A stretch of DNA of 39,060 nucleotides from Candidatus Vogelbacteria bacterium (lineage in GTDB: Bacteria; Patescibacteriota; Minisyncoccia; Phycocordibacterales; UBA12445), in the NCBI GenBank assembly GCA_016215345.1, contig JACRKD010000025.1, positions 1-39,060 of the forward strand, written 5' to 3'. The first letter of the stretch is position 1; every line of letters begins with the position of its first letter. Below the pieces are notes generated by a model. It saw only the letters and a program-made list of their open reading frames with translations. It was not told where the DNA came from and made no database searches. The position numbers were made by a program, and so were the translations under genes. Of this stretch, positions 1-8,733 are shown piece by piece.

Positions 1-177
1 ATCGTTGTCACATCCGATCTTCTCAAATTCGATATCGTAACGCTCGGTAATTTCCCGCGCGATCTCAGTGATTGCGAGCGGGAGTTCGGCTCTAAGCAGA
101 GCCTTGCGATATTTAACGGGAAAGACGAGGTGGTAGTGTGTGTCATATGCGTTGTGATATGTTCTTTTAAGGGTCAC
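1..177 (-). CDS. tnpA: IS200/IS605-family Y1 (HUH) transposase TnpA, N-terminal 59 codons; the rest lies beyond the window start
   Basis: Not in the ORF track because it is partial. Reverse-strand translation from GTG at 175-177 gives VTLKRTYHNAYDTHYHLVFPVKYRKALLRAELPLAITEIAREITERYDIEFEKIGCDND. HYHLVF is the HUH motif, and PVKYRK and GCDND (lead-in to DHVH) are family hallmarks. An in-frame TAA lies two codons (6 nt) upstream of the GTG. Confidence 0.85.
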   Translation of the reverse strand, partial: MTLKRTYHNAYDTHYHLVFPVKYRKALLRAELPLAITEIAREITERYDIEFEKIGCDND

Positions 178-290
178 GCCTCTAGCTTAACTTGGAAACC
201 AACGGTTTCCAAACCATCCTTAGCGGTCACCGCGGCAAGCCGCGAGGAAATACCCTGTGGGTATTATACCTATTATCAAGAAAAAAGCAA
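178..290 (-). mobile_element. Presumed left-end (upstream of tnpA) region of the IS200/IS605 element, with three subterminal hairpins
   Basis: Hairpins at 192-212 (ttggaaacc-aac-ggtttccaa, 9 bp), 231-244 (cgcgg-caag-ccgcg) and 249-265 (aataccc-tgt-gggtatt, 7 bp). IS200/IS605 ends are defined by such subterminal hairpins rather than by terminal inverted repeats. The exact element boundary is not determinable here. Confidence 0.5.
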
Positions 291-947
291 CTATATATCA
301 TGCCCGACATCAGAGATGGAATTCGGGTCGAAGGCGCCTGGAGAATAATGTTTCCTCTCGTCTATCTTTCTACTCTTAACAAGCTCTAAAACTTTCGCGA
401 CCAGCGTCTTGGGGTCGGAATCAAAAACAATCTCTTTGTGTTCATCCATTCTGTGGCTTTTCACAATTACCTCTTTGATAATATCATCAGTATCCCAATC
501 TCCCGTTAAAATTCCCATTGGTTTTTTATCCTCAAAGGCCACAGTAAACTCATGAAGCGTCCCTATGCGCCCCGGCCCGATCAACACAGCGTCAGAAGTT
601 CGGGTCAGGAGAATATCTCTCCCCACATAACCAAACCCTGTGTAAACGATGAAGTCCATAAACTCGAGCGGTAACTTATACAACTCAACATGCTCCTCTT
701 CGCTCGTTGCCGGAGACATCCCGATGGACAATCCCCCCTCGATCTTTGCACCCTTAGCTGCCCAAAGAGGAACGCCAGTCGTTGCGCCGGAAACTAGAAC
801 CGCCCCCTGTAAAACTATCTCTCGACCCAAGGCCTCGCAGAGCTTTAGATTCTCATTAGAAAGAAAACTGGTTTCGGCCGCGCCAGAAACTGCTATTTTT
901 ATCTTAAGATGACCGTGCTTGCTATCGCTATGGAGTGGATCCAACAT
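291..947 (-). CDS. TIGR00725 / LOG-like (SLOG superfamily, COG1611-type) Rossmann-fold nucleotide-binding protein
   Basis: 218-aa ORF. KIAVSGAAE...GAVLVSGATTGVPLWAAKGAKIEGGLSIGMSP...RTSDAVLIGPGRIGTLHEF matches the TIGR00725/LOG pattern (GxxGG-like loop, PGGxGTxxE-like motif). Only 22 nt downstream of the preceding gene. Confidence 0.75.
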   Translation of the reverse strand: MLDPLHSDSKHGHLKIKIAVSGAAETSFLSNENLKLCEALGREIVLQGAVLVSGATTGVPLWAAKGAKIEGGLSIGMSPATSEEEHVELYKLPLEFMDFIVYTGFGYVGRDILLTRTSDAVLIGPGRIGTLHEFTVAFEDKKPMGILTGDWDTDDIIKEVIVKSHRMDEHKEIVFDSDPKTLVAKVLELVKSRKIDERKHYSPGAFDPNSISDVGHDI

Positions 948-969
948 TTTTTTATTTTTTTAATATTTT

Positions 970-2379
970 TTAATCTTCATCATCTAATATAACCGACTCG
1001 CCGTATACGGGGGCCATCGCGTTAACGGCCAAAGCGTCCCTGACTCGTTGTACGAAGTAGAGAGACGACTTCGGCTCGCCCAAAACAATATACGCCTTCT
1101 TAAGTTGATCAGCTGTATCACTTACGAACTCTAGAAGGTCATCGGAACCTTTATGGCCAGAATAGCCTGTTATTGTAACAACACTGGCCTTAACTGGAAT
1201 TGTCTCGCCCATAATTCTAACAGATTTCTCGCCTTCTTGTATTATACGTCCAAGAGTTTGGACGGACTGATAACCAGTGAGGAGAAGCGTACTGTTTGGA
1301 TCCGGCAAGTAATTTTTTTCGTGGTGCAGAATTCTCCCGCCGTTAGACATTCCCGAACCAGCAATTATTATCTTGGGATTAGCAAAATTTTTTATGGCAA
1401 TAGACTCTTCCGTTGTCGGTGTCTGGTGGAGTTGTGGAAAGGCGAATAACCCTTCTTCGGGGTCAATATTAAAAAGCTTCATGGCCTCGGCATTCATATA
1501 GTTATGATACTTTTTATAAACTTCCGTAACCTTAATGGCCAAGGGGGAATCCAAAAAAACTTTTATAAGCGGGATTCGGCTCTCTTCCATCATTCTTTTA
1601 ATTTCAAAAAGGATCTCTTGGGTTTTCTCTATGGAAAAGGCCGGAATAATCAGCGCGCCGTTTCTCTTGACCGTATTCTCGATCGTATCTTCGAGCATAC
1701 CACGGCTCGCATCCCTCGGTTCGTGATTCCTGTCCCCATAACAACTTTCCATTATGAGATAATCGGCGTCGGCTATCAGTTCTGTATCTCTCAAAATTAT
1801 GGACGGTGAGTTGCCTAAATCCCCCGTGTAAATCAGTTTCCTCTTCTGAAATCCAGTTGGTCCATCCGTCCAAACAAGTTCGGTCATAGATGATCCCAAA
1901 ATGTGTCCGGAATCCGAGAGCCTTACTGTGAAATTTCCAATCGTAAATTCTTTATTATATGGAATACCCTCCTGCCAAAGCTCCATAGTCTTACGGCAAT
2001 CATCTTCATCGTAGATCGGTGGCTTATTGTCATGTTTCGCCTCTTTCCCAAGTATACCAAGACTGTCTACCAGCATAATCTCGGCAATCTCTTTCGTCGG
2101 CGGAGTGGAGATAATCTTGCCGTGAAAACCATCACGTACCAGTTTAGGAATCCTGCCGATATGATCAATGTGAGCATGGCTAACAAAAAGGTAATCTATC
2201 TCGGCAGGGTTATAAGGAAACGCGTCTCTATTCATCTCTTCTCCAATTTTCTTCCCCTGAACCAGCCCGCAATCAAAAAGAATCTTCAGGCCGTTTTCCT
2301 CTTGAAGCAGAAAATTTGCCCCAGTTACTTGTCCCGCCCCGCCATAAAACGTTACCTTAATTTTGTTTCTCTTTAACAT
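970..2379 (-). CDS. beta-CASP family MBL-fold ribonuclease (CPSF73/RNase J-like RNA-metabolising metallo-beta-lactamase)
   Basis: 469 aa. Contains VSHAHIDHIG (HxHxDH), DSGHILGS, YTGDLG, MESCYGDRNH (beta-CASP motif A), GSGMSNGGRILHH (motif B) and GYSGHKGSDDL (motif C). Confidence 0.88.
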   Translation of the reverse strand: MLKRNKIKVTFYGGAGQVTGANFLLQEENGLKILFDCGLVQGKKIGEEMNRDAFPYNPAEIDYLFVSHAHIDHIGRIPKLVRDGFHGKIISTPPTKEIAEIMLVDSLGILGKEAKHDNKPPIYDEDDCRKTMELWQEGIPYNKEFTIGNFTVRLSDSGHILGSSMTELVWTDGPTGFQKRKLIYTGDLGNSPSIILRDTELIADADYLIMESCYGDRNHEPRDASRGMLEDTIENTVKRNGALIIPAFSIEKTQEILFEIKRMMEESRIPLIKVFLDSPLAIKVTEVYKKYHNYMNAEAMKLFNIDPEEGLFAFPQLHQTPTTEESIAIKNFANPKIIIAGSGMSNGGRILHHEKNYLPDPNSTLLLTGYQSVQTLGRIIQEGEKSVRIMGETIPVKASVVTITGYSGHKGSDDLLEFVSDTADQLKKAYIVLGEPKSSLYFVQRVRDALAVNAMAPVYGESVILDDED

Positions 2380-2391
2380 AAATACTCACAC

Positions 2392-2419
2392 ATTATAACG
2401 CAAAAACTTCATTTGCCAA
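2392..2419 (-). promoter_or_regulatory. Candidate sigma70-type promoter for the beta-CASP RNase gene (TTGGCA-N16-TATAAT)
   Basis: Minus strand: TTGGCA (2419-2414), 16-nt spacer, TATAAT (2397-2392). The -10 ends only 12 nt before the ATG at 2379, implying a very short leader. Confidence 0.4.
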
Positions 2420-2420
2420 A

Positions 2421-2450
2421 TAAAAAATCCCTCCGGAACAGATCGGAGAG
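2421..2450 (-). terminator. Weak intrinsic-terminator-like hairpin plus U-run downstream of ndk
   Basis: Minus strand: CTCCG-N8-CGGAG stem (2448-2444 / 2435-2431) followed by TTTTTT (2427-2422). Confidence 0.35.
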
Positions 2451-2639
2451 ACTCTTTATCGGCTATTTGAGGATATTAAGACCTAGCTTTAAAGACCAGG
2501 TGGGTGACCTCGACGCCACGCCAAAACGGGACGAAAGTTAGTCTCCCTTGAATCAATACCTAGTTTTAATAATTCAAATAACCTTCTCCAATTATACACC
2601 TAATGAAAGTGGCGCAAATTTTTTTCTGTTGATAAACCA

Positions 2640-3119
2640 CTACGCCCTTTCATCTTCACCATATACGAACTGATAATCAAGCCGATTATAATCAAAAAGT
2701 TCATCGCCCTTAAAAAAACGCTTTATTTCCAAAGTGGCAGACTCTATGGAATCAGAGGCGTGAATAATATTTGTTTGTGTGCTCATGGAAAAATCTCCAC
2801 GGATAGAACCGGCTGGGGCAATATACGACTTTGTTGGTCCAACTATTATCCTTACGGCATCAACCGCCCTGAAACCAGCGACGACCATTAGAACAACCGG
2901 CGATGACTTCATGAACCTTTTTATACCAGCAAAAAACGGCCTGTCTTTAAGGTGCGCATAGTGTTCTTCAATAACAACGTCCCCGATATTATCCATTTTA
3001 AGTCCGATAATCTTTAGCCCCTTCTTTTCAAATCGTTCTATTATCTGACCGAGAAGTCCTCGCATGACACAGTCTGGCTTTAAGATAATCAAACTCCTCT
3101 CTTCTTTTGGATGTGCCAT
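2640..3119 (-). CDS. ndk: Nucleoside diphosphate kinase
   Basis: 159 aa. ERSLIILKPDCV, GLKIIGLKM and NIIHASDS (catalytic His motif NxxHxSDS). Confidence 0.95.
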   Translation of the reverse strand: MAHPKEERSLIILKPDCVMRGLLGQIIERFEKKGLKIIGLKMDNIGDVVIEEHYAHLKDRPFFAGIKRFMKSSPVVLMVVAGFRAVDAVRIIVGPTKSYIAPAGSIRGDFSMSTQTNIIHASDSIESATLEIKRFFKGDELFDYNRLDYQFVYGEDERA

Positions 3120-3209
3120 AACAAAAATTCAACGTTAAAAGTTAATAATAAAAAAAATATTTGATTTACAAATACTAAACTATTTCAGAAACCAAATCAA
3201 ATTTGCGTT

Positions 3210-3255
3210 CAAGTGCAGGGTTGGACTTCTACCGTAAGGTTCAACCTTGCACTTG
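3210..3255 (-). terminator. Hairpin terminator after map (end of the spc/secY transcription unit)
   Basis: 14-bp stem caagtgcagggttg / caaccttgcacttg with one wobble or mismatch, starting 6 nt after the map stop. A T-rich tract follows on the minus strand. Confidence 0.5.
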
Positions 3256-3260
3256 CAGAA

Positions 3261-4022
3261 TTATGGGGTTAGGATCTCTGGCTCGCCTTCTCTGATTAAA
3301 ATGGTTTTTTCGAAGTGAGCGGAGAGAGAGCCATCGCGAGTCTTGTATGTAAATTTATCTGCCCCAAGAACTATGGCATCGCCTCCGATGTTTATCATAG
3401 GCTCAATCGCGATTACCATTCCGGGCTTCAATTTAACTCCTGTCCTTGGTCGCCCGAAGTTCGGGACATATGGCTCCTCATGAATCTCATGGCCAACACC
3501 GTGCCCAGAAAGTTCGCGAACGATTCCATATCCATATGCGTTAACAAAAGATTCAATCGCGTGACCAATGTCCCCAGTATAAGCGCCGCCTCGAGCCGCG
3601 AGGATACCCACCTCAAGCGACTGACTTGTCACCTCAATTAACTTTCTGGCATCTTTGGATATCTCACCGATACCAATGGTAATGGCCATGTCGGTAAACA
3701 TGCCACCATATTTAATTCCAAGATCAAGACCGACGATATCGCCTTCACGCAATCTGTAATCATTCGGGATCCCGTGCACGATCTCATCGTTCACCGAGAC
3801 ACAAAGGACTGCCGGAAAGGCTATCTTCGCGCCATCCGGTTTGTAATTCTTAAAAGCTGGGATATCGCCACCGGCGACAATCAGATCCTCGGCCATCTTA
3901 TCTATCTCAATCTTTGTCATTCCAACCGCAACGCCCTTCGCGACCTCATACAAGACCTTGGCGAGTCTCCCTCCCCCCTCACGAATAATTTGTATTTCTT
4001 TTTCGTTTTTTATTTTAATCAT
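3261..4022 (-). CDS. map: Type I methionine aminopeptidase
   Basis: 253 aa with canonical metal-ligand context (VCVSVNDEIVHGIP, GDIVGLDLG, GHGVGHEIHEEP, IEPMI), in the conserved secY-adk-map position. Confidence 0.95.
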   Translation of the reverse strand: MIKIKNEKEIQIIREGGGRLAKVLYEVAKGVAVGMTKIEIDKMAEDLIVAGGDIPAFKNYKPDGAKIAFPAVLCVSVNDEIVHGIPNDYRLREGDIVGLDLGIKYGGMFTDMAITIGIGEISKDARKLIEVTSQSLEVGILAARGGAYTGDIGHAIESFVNAYGYGIVRELSGHGVGHEIHEEPYVPNFGRPRTGVKLKPGMVIAIEPMINIGGDAIVLGADKFTYKTRDGSLSAHFEKTILIREGEPEILTP

Positions 4023-4038
4023 TTAATCCACCAGTGGG

Positions 4039-4647
4039 TCAGTTTCCAAATTCTACTTTTGACATTATGGATTCGTGAATAGTTTCCACTGAAGGCTCAC
4101 CATCTATATGCAAAAAGTTATAATTCGAATTCTGCCTATAATAATCAACTACCGGCGCAACATCTTTCTCGAAGTAAGCTAGTCTATTTTTTATGGTCTC
4201 AATACTCGAATCGTCAGTCCTGCCCGTTTCCCTCCCCCTTTTCTGCAACCTATCTATTACAGAGTCAGTGGAGACATCGAGGTATACGACCGTTGGTTTT
4301 TCCCTATGGTAAAAGTTAAGGGCGCCATCAAGAATAAGGGCTTCTTGAAGTTTCCTCGGCATCCCATCCGTTATAATATGCTCATCGCCCTTAAGATTGT
4401 CTAAAAAAAGTTTTGACCAAAGATAAACAGGCAAGAACTCCGGCATAAGACCACCAACTTCTATAATCTTTTTGGTAAGCCCGCCGGTATATCCGCCAGC
4501 TTTAACCAGCTTCCTCAACTCCCCTCCTGTTTCAAGATATACAACCGGCCGGGAATCATTTTTCTCCAGATAAGACTTCAAAAGCTCGGCCTGCGTGCCC
4601 TTACCGGAACCAGACTTGCCTATGAATATAAAAGTTTTCTGCTCCAT
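4039..4647 (-). CDS. adk: Adenylate kinase (short-lid type)
   Basis: 202 aa. P-loop GKSGSGKGTQ and ITDGMPR motif; sits between secY and map. Confidence 0.85.
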   Translation of the reverse strand: MEQKTFIFIGKSGSGKGTQAELLKSYLEKNDSRPVVYLETGGELRKLVKAGGYTGGLTKKIIEVGGLMPEFLPVYLWSKLFLDNLKGDEHIITDGMPRKLQEALILDGALNFYHREKPTVVYLDVSTDSVIDRLQKRGRETGRTDDSSIETIKNRLAYFEKDVAPVVDYYRQNSNYNFLHIDGEPSVETIHESIMSKVEFGN

Positions 4648-4650
4648 TAC

Positions 4651-5988
4651 TTAATATTCCCTCATCGAGACCTGCGCGTCAATCTGTTTTACCAATTCCA
4701 TGATAACCGATACAACTATAAGCAAGGCCGTACCGCCGATAGAAAGGCTGGCATTGCCGGTAATGGCCGTCATTATGAGTGGAAGAATCGCAATTAGCCC
4801 GAGGAAACAAGAACCGAAAAGGGTCAGTCTGGTTATAACTTTTCCAATATATTCCGAAGTTGGATTACCCGGACGCACTCCAGGAATGAAAGCCCCGCCC
4901 TTCTGTAAATTCTCAGCAATCTGATCCGGATCAAACGTGACGGCTGTGTAGAAATAGGTGAAAAGCACAACGAGAACAAAGTAGAAGAACCCGTAAACAA
5001 GCTGATTGGCAAGAAACGCGCTTAGCCACCTTGAGACACCAGCCAAAAGCTGTATACCGCTATTCGACAGAAATGTTACAAGCATCTGCGGAAAAAGTAG
5101 AATGGAAAGGGCGAAGATTATCGGAATAACTCCGGCCTGATTCAATCTAAGTGGCAGATAAGTCGACGTGCCACCATAAACTTTATTGCCCCTAATTCGT
5201 TTGGCGTATGTTACGGGAATCGGCCGTTCGGCTTCGGTTATAAATACTACGCCCGCGATAATTACAAGAGCAACGAAAAGAAATGCTATATATGTTGGAA
5301 TCTGTGACGGATCGAAGCTATAAAAAAGCCGGGAGGCCGCTTGGGGGATACTCGCTACTATACCTGCGAAGATTATAAGCGAAACGCCATTGCCAATTCC
5401 AAATTCACTGATAAGTTCGCCGATCCACATGAGAAGCATGGAGCCAGCAGTTATCACGAAGATACTCGAAGTCTGTGTCGCAAACATATTCAAGGCCGCC
5501 AGCGCCCTCTGCGAAGATAATGTGTCGATAATAAGCGAGGGGCTAAAAGCCGTGGTAATAATTCCCTGATTTTTCAAAAGGACTAAAAATCCCAGGGACT
5601 GTAGGACCGCCAGCGGCACCGCGAGCATTCTGGAATATTGAGCGAATCTTCGCCTGCCGGCCGCTCCGTCTTCTTGATACATTTCCTTTAGTTTCGGAAA
5701 GATCATCGTAAAAAGCTGCATTATAATAGAAGCAGTAATATAAGGGCCGACGCCAAGCATCATGATTGAAAGAGTCTGAAGTCCTCCCCCGGAAAAAACG
5801 CTAAGAAGACCGAAGAACTGACCAGTACTGGAATTAAACAGAGTGTTAAGGGCCGCCTTGTCAACTCCGGGAATCGGTACGTTAGCGGCCAGCCTGAAAA
5901 GGGCCAACATAACCAAGACAAAAAAGACTCGATTTCTTAGAATCTTGTCACTCATTATGAGTTTCCACTTGCTCCAGAAATTTTTCAC
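4651..5988 (-). CDS. secY: Preprotein translocase subunit SecY
   Basis: 445 aa, 10-TM pattern, conserved SecY blocks (GVxPYITASIIMQL, LNQAGVIPIIFA); sits after rplO. Confidence 0.97.
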   Translation of the reverse strand: MKNFWSKWKLIMSDKILRNRVFFVLVMLALFRLAANVPIPGVDKAALNTLFNSSTGQFFGLLSVFSGGGLQTLSIMMLGVGPYITASIIMQLFTMIFPKLKEMYQEDGAAGRRRFAQYSRMLAVPLAVLQSLGFLVLLKNQGIITTAFSPSLIIDTLSSQRALAALNMFATQTSSIFVITAGSMLLMWIGELISEFGIGNGVSLIIFAGIVASIPQAASRLFYSFDPSQIPTYIAFLFVALVIIAGVVFITEAERPIPVTYAKRIRGNKVYGGTSTYLPLRLNQAGVIPIIFALSILLFPQMLVTFLSNSGIQLLAGVSRWLSAFLANQLVYGFFYFVLVVLFTYFYTAVTFDPDQIAENLQKGGAFIPGVRPGNPTSEYIGKVITRLTLFGSCFLGLIAILPLIMTAITGNASLSIGGTALLIVVSVIMELVKQIDAQVSMREY

Positions 5989-6006
5989 TGTATTGTTCTT
6001 AAAAAT

Positions 6007-6447
6007 TTATTCTACGCTTCCTCCAGCCTTCGTTATAAACTCACGAGCCGAATCCGAAACCAAACAGTTATCTACCTTAAGTTTCTTGGCGACATCCCCA
6101 GCGCCAAGAATTTTCACCTTGGGAGTTTTACCGGAAACTTTCTTTATTATACCTTTTTTAAGAAGACTAGCGGGATTTACTTTTTCGCCATCGTTATATA
6201 CCAACGAAAGAAGACCGAGATTAACGACTTGAAACTTGGCGCCAATCGGAAGATTACTATTTCGTCCTCTACCTCTCAGCTTAGGAATTTTCTTTATCAA
6301 GTCTCGGAGCTCCGGACGGAGCTTCCTTCCCGATCTGGCCTTCTGCCCTTTTGTCCCCTTCCCGGACGTCGTGCCACGCTTACCGCCTCGCCCGACGATT
6401 TTTTTACTTTTATTTTTATGTAATCTTTTAACCTGATGTATCTGCAT
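6007..6447 (-). CDS. rplO: 50S ribosomal protein L15
   Basis: 146 aa. KRVGRGxxxGxGKTxGxGxKGQKAR-type N-terminus (KIVGRGGKRGTTSGKGTKGQKARSG). Confidence 0.95.
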   Translation of the reverse strand: MQIHQVKRLHKNKSKKIVGRGGKRGTTSGKGTKGQKARSGRKLRPELRDLIKKIPKLRGRGRNSNLPIGAKFQVVNLGLLSLVYNDGEKVNPASLLKKGIIKKVSGKTPKVKILGAGDVAKKLKVDNCLVSDSAREFITKAGGSVE

Positions 6448-6452
6448 GAAAT

Positions 6453-7061
6453 TTATCTTAACTTTTTTAACGCCTCGATGGTCGCTCGCGCATTATTAAC
6501 CTTGTTCTTGCTTCCGGAGAGAATTTTAGCATTTGTGTCTGTTATTCCGGCTAAAGCAAGAACGACTCGCGGAGCGCTTCCGGCGATGAGCCCCCTATCT
6601 AAGGCCGGACGTAGCGCGACAATGGCCGCGCAGTACTTCGCCTCAACCTCATGGGGAATAGACATACCCTTGGTAGTGTTAACCTGAATCATGTTTTTTC
6701 TTGCATCTCTTAAGGCTTTATCTATCGCCTCAGAAGTCCCCCCGGCTTTAGCCATTCCAACTCCAACCTTTCCCTTCTTATCACCGGCAACCAAACAAAC
6801 TGAAAAAGTAAACCTCTTCCCACCGGCTATAACTCTCGCCACTCTTCTTATGGAAAGAACTTTTTGTTCCAAGTCAGACTTCGGGGCTCCCGGCCTTCCG
6901 CCCCTTCTATTATTATTGAAGGATGAAGGCCTTCTGCTTCTGAAATTGTTGGCAACCGGTTTAACAGCCACAACCGCCTGTGGTGTGTTGGTCGAACCCT
7001 CCTGTAACGGGTTCGCAGAAACCGTTACCTCTCCTGTTGTATCTTTTGTTGCTTCTGACAT
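6453..7061 (-). CDS. rpsE: 30S ribosomal protein S5 with a ~60-aa low-complexity N-terminal extension
   Basis: 202 aa. Core VLSIRRVARVIAGGKRFTFSVCLVAGDKKGKVGVGMAKA...; its stop is 5 nt from the rplO start. Confidence 0.95.
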   Translation of the reverse strand: MSEATKDTTGEVTVSANPLQEGSTNTPQAVVAVKPVANNFRSRRPSSFNNNRRGGRPGAPKSDLEQKVLSIRRVARVIAGGKRFTFSVCLVAGDKKGKVGVGMAKAGGTSEAIDKALRDARKNMIQVNTTKGMSIPHEVEAKYCAAIVALRPALDRGLIAGSAPRVVLALAGITDTNAKILSGSKNKVNNARATIEALKKLR

Positions 7062-7067
7062 ATTATT

Positions 7068-7427
7068 TTAAAAATCTAAACCCGCCTCCCTTGCGCCTTC
7101 CGCCAAGGCCTTAACCCGTCCCGTGTAAATAAACCCGCCACGGTCGAAGGCCACCCTCTTCACTCTCTTATCGACGGCCATCTTACCGAGCATAGCTCCA
7201 ACGATCTTCGCCCTTTCAGCCTTAGTCTTTTTCGTTCCGGAATCCAATTTTATGTCGCTAACAGCGAAAAGGGTCTTGCCCTTGGAGTCATCGATAATCT
7301 GTCCATAAATAAATTTGTTGGACTTATAGACGCAAAGACGCGGTTTTAACTCCGTGCCAACTACTCTAGCGCGGATTCTCTTGTGCCTTCTTTCTCTCTG
7401 CTCTCTATTTGTAAGTTTGGTCTTCAT
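7068..7427 (-). CDS. rplR: 50S ribosomal protein L18
   Basis: 119 aa. RRHKRIRxxxxGTxxxPRLxVxxSNKxIYAQIIDD pattern and C-terminal [23 protein letters not shown]. Confidence 0.95.
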   Translation of the reverse strand: MKTKLTNREQRERRHKRIRARVVGTELKPRLCVYKSNKFIYGQIIDDSKGKTLFAVSDIKLDSGTKKTKAERAKIVGAMLGKMAVDKRVKRVAFDRGGFIYTGRVKALAEGAREAGLDF

Positions 7428-7428
7428 G

Positions 7429-7977
7429 TTAGGCTACTGATTTTTTACCCTCCTTAATGCGTACAAACTGACCTTCGTATCTGATTCCCTTCCCCTTATA
7501 AGGTTCCGGCGGCTTCATGGCGACAATCTGCGCCGCGAACTGTCCGACGGCCTCTTTATCAATACCAGTTATGTTAACCATGTTTTTTTCAACCGTAACC
7601 TTAAGGCCATTAGGAATCTCCTTATCTACCGTATGAGAGAAGCCGAGGCTCCAAGTCATTTTATTACCCACTAACTGGGTCTTATATCCGATTCCTTCTA
7701 TCTGGAGAACTTTCTTGAACCCCTCCGTTACACCTTTAATCATGTTTGTTATGTGAGAACCGTAAGTCCCCCAAAGGGCCTTCAACTCCAAAGAATTGTG
7801 AGCCGGCGTCAATTTTATTCCTTCAGCATCCTGGACAATTAAAATATCCCGTCTAAAGAGTCTGGAGTTCTCTCCTATAGGGCCTGTAACTTTCAAAAGA
7901 TTCCCGCCGGTAGCGGACTCAATCTGAACTTTTACCTTATCCGGTATCTGAATTATTTTTTTGCCAATTCTCGACAT
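7429..7977 (-). CDS. rplF: 50S ribosomal protein L6
   Basis: 182 aa. MSRIGKKxIxIPxxV start, [11 protein letters not shown] motif. Confidence 0.95.
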   Translation of the reverse strand: MSRIGKKIIQIPDKVKVQIESATGGNLLKVTGPIGENSRLFRRDILIVQDAEGIKLTPAHNSLELKALWGTYGSHITNMIKGVTEGFKKVLQIEGIGYKTQLVGNKMTWSLGFSHTVDKEIPNGLKVTVEKNMVNITGIDKEAVGQFAAQIVAMKPPEPYKGKGIRYEGQFVRIKEGKKSVA

Positions 7978-8027
7978 TTTATTGTTTATTTTGGATTCAT
8001 TGACTATTTATAGTGAGCGAAGTCGAA

Positions 8028-8456
8028 CTACCAAATCTTAAATAGAACCTCCCCACCAAGCTTTTGCTTCTTAGCGTCCTTATCCGACATTATTCCCTTG
8101 GTAGTTGAAAGTATAGCCCTGCCAAACCCCTGTCTTATCGGCCTCAACTCTTTAGCCCCGCTGTAAACTCTTTTTGAAACCTTAGACACCCTCCACGACC
8201 TGCCAATCTTTGGAGTTTTCTTACCAGCCTTATCGTCCGGACCCTTATAGGCAAGTTCAACTTCCAGAAATTTTAGTGTGCCATTTTTACTTCCCGCATC
8301 TTCCACGATTCCAACTGATTTCAAAAAACCTTCGGAAACCAAAACCTTGGCAATTTCATTTTTCATTCTTGAATAAGGGACGAGCGTCTTGGTCATTCCA
8401 ACCATTCCGGCGTTTCTCACCCTTGTTAAAAAGTCTGCGATTGGATCATTTACCAT
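8028..8456 (-). CDS. rpsH: 30S ribosomal protein S8
   Basis: 142 aa. DPIADxLTRxRNA start, GGEVLxxIW end. Confidence 0.95.
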   Translation of the reverse strand: MVNDPIADFLTRVRNAGMVGMTKTLVPYSRMKNEIAKVLVSEGFLKSVGIVEDAGSKNGTLKFLEVELAYKGPDDKAGKKTPKIGRSWRVSKVSKRVYSGAKELRPIRQGFGRAILSTTKGIMSDKDAKKQKLGGEVLFKIW

Positions 8457-8635
8457 GATGATTTCTTTACTCCCGGGATTTTCCCATCGTTAGCTAATTC
8501 CCTGAAACAAATTCGACAGAGACTGAAGTCTCTTATATATCCTCTCTTCCGCCCGCACCTAAAACAGCGATTTACTCTCCTCACGTCGTATTTCGGCTCT
8601 TTTAGCGAGCGCGCTATAACCGATTTCTTTGCCAT
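8450..8635 (-). CDS. rpsZ: 30S ribosomal protein S14, type Z (zinc-binding, 61 aa)
   Basis: [23 protein letters not shown] carries the CxxC...CxxC zinc knuckle. Overlaps the rpsH start by 7 nt. Confidence 0.95.
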   Translation of the reverse strand: MAKKSVIARSLKEPKYDVRRVNRCFRCGRKRGYIRDFSLCRICFRELANDGKIPGVKKSSW

Positions 8636-8681
8636 TTATTTTTAAACAAAACCTGCCTGTCGTCAGGCGGGCGTGAAAAGC

Positions 8682-8711
8682 ATACTAGCAAAAAGTCCCA
8701 TGTATTGTCAA
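8682..8711 (-). promoter_or_regulatory. Candidate sigma70-type promoter driving rpsZ and the downstream ribosomal/secY operon (TTGACA-N18-TAGTAT)
   Basis: Minus strand: TTGACA (8711-8706), 18-nt spacer, TAGTAT (8687-8682), about 45 nt upstream of the rpsZ ATG. Confidence 0.5.
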
Positions 8712-8733
8712 CCTAAAAATTCTTAGGTTGACA
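8706..8733. repeat. Perfect 11-bp inverted repeat (TGTCAACCTAA-N6-TTAGGTTGACA) containing both divergent -35 boxes
   Basis: Direct reading: 8706-8716 is the reverse complement of 8723-8733. An outer 7-mer pair, ATACTAG (8682-8688) / CTAGTAT (8750-8756), is also inverted. Confidence 0.9.

Noticed and set aside
1903-2376. Long antisense or overlapping ORFs inside confident genes (for example 1903-2376+, 12354-12701+, 16093-16512-, 24314-24790+, 30325-30825-, 20607-21038+)
   Set aside because: All lie opposite to, or out of frame within, genes with strong family motifs. Their translations are low-complexity or compositionally odd and they have no SD. They are shadow ORFs.
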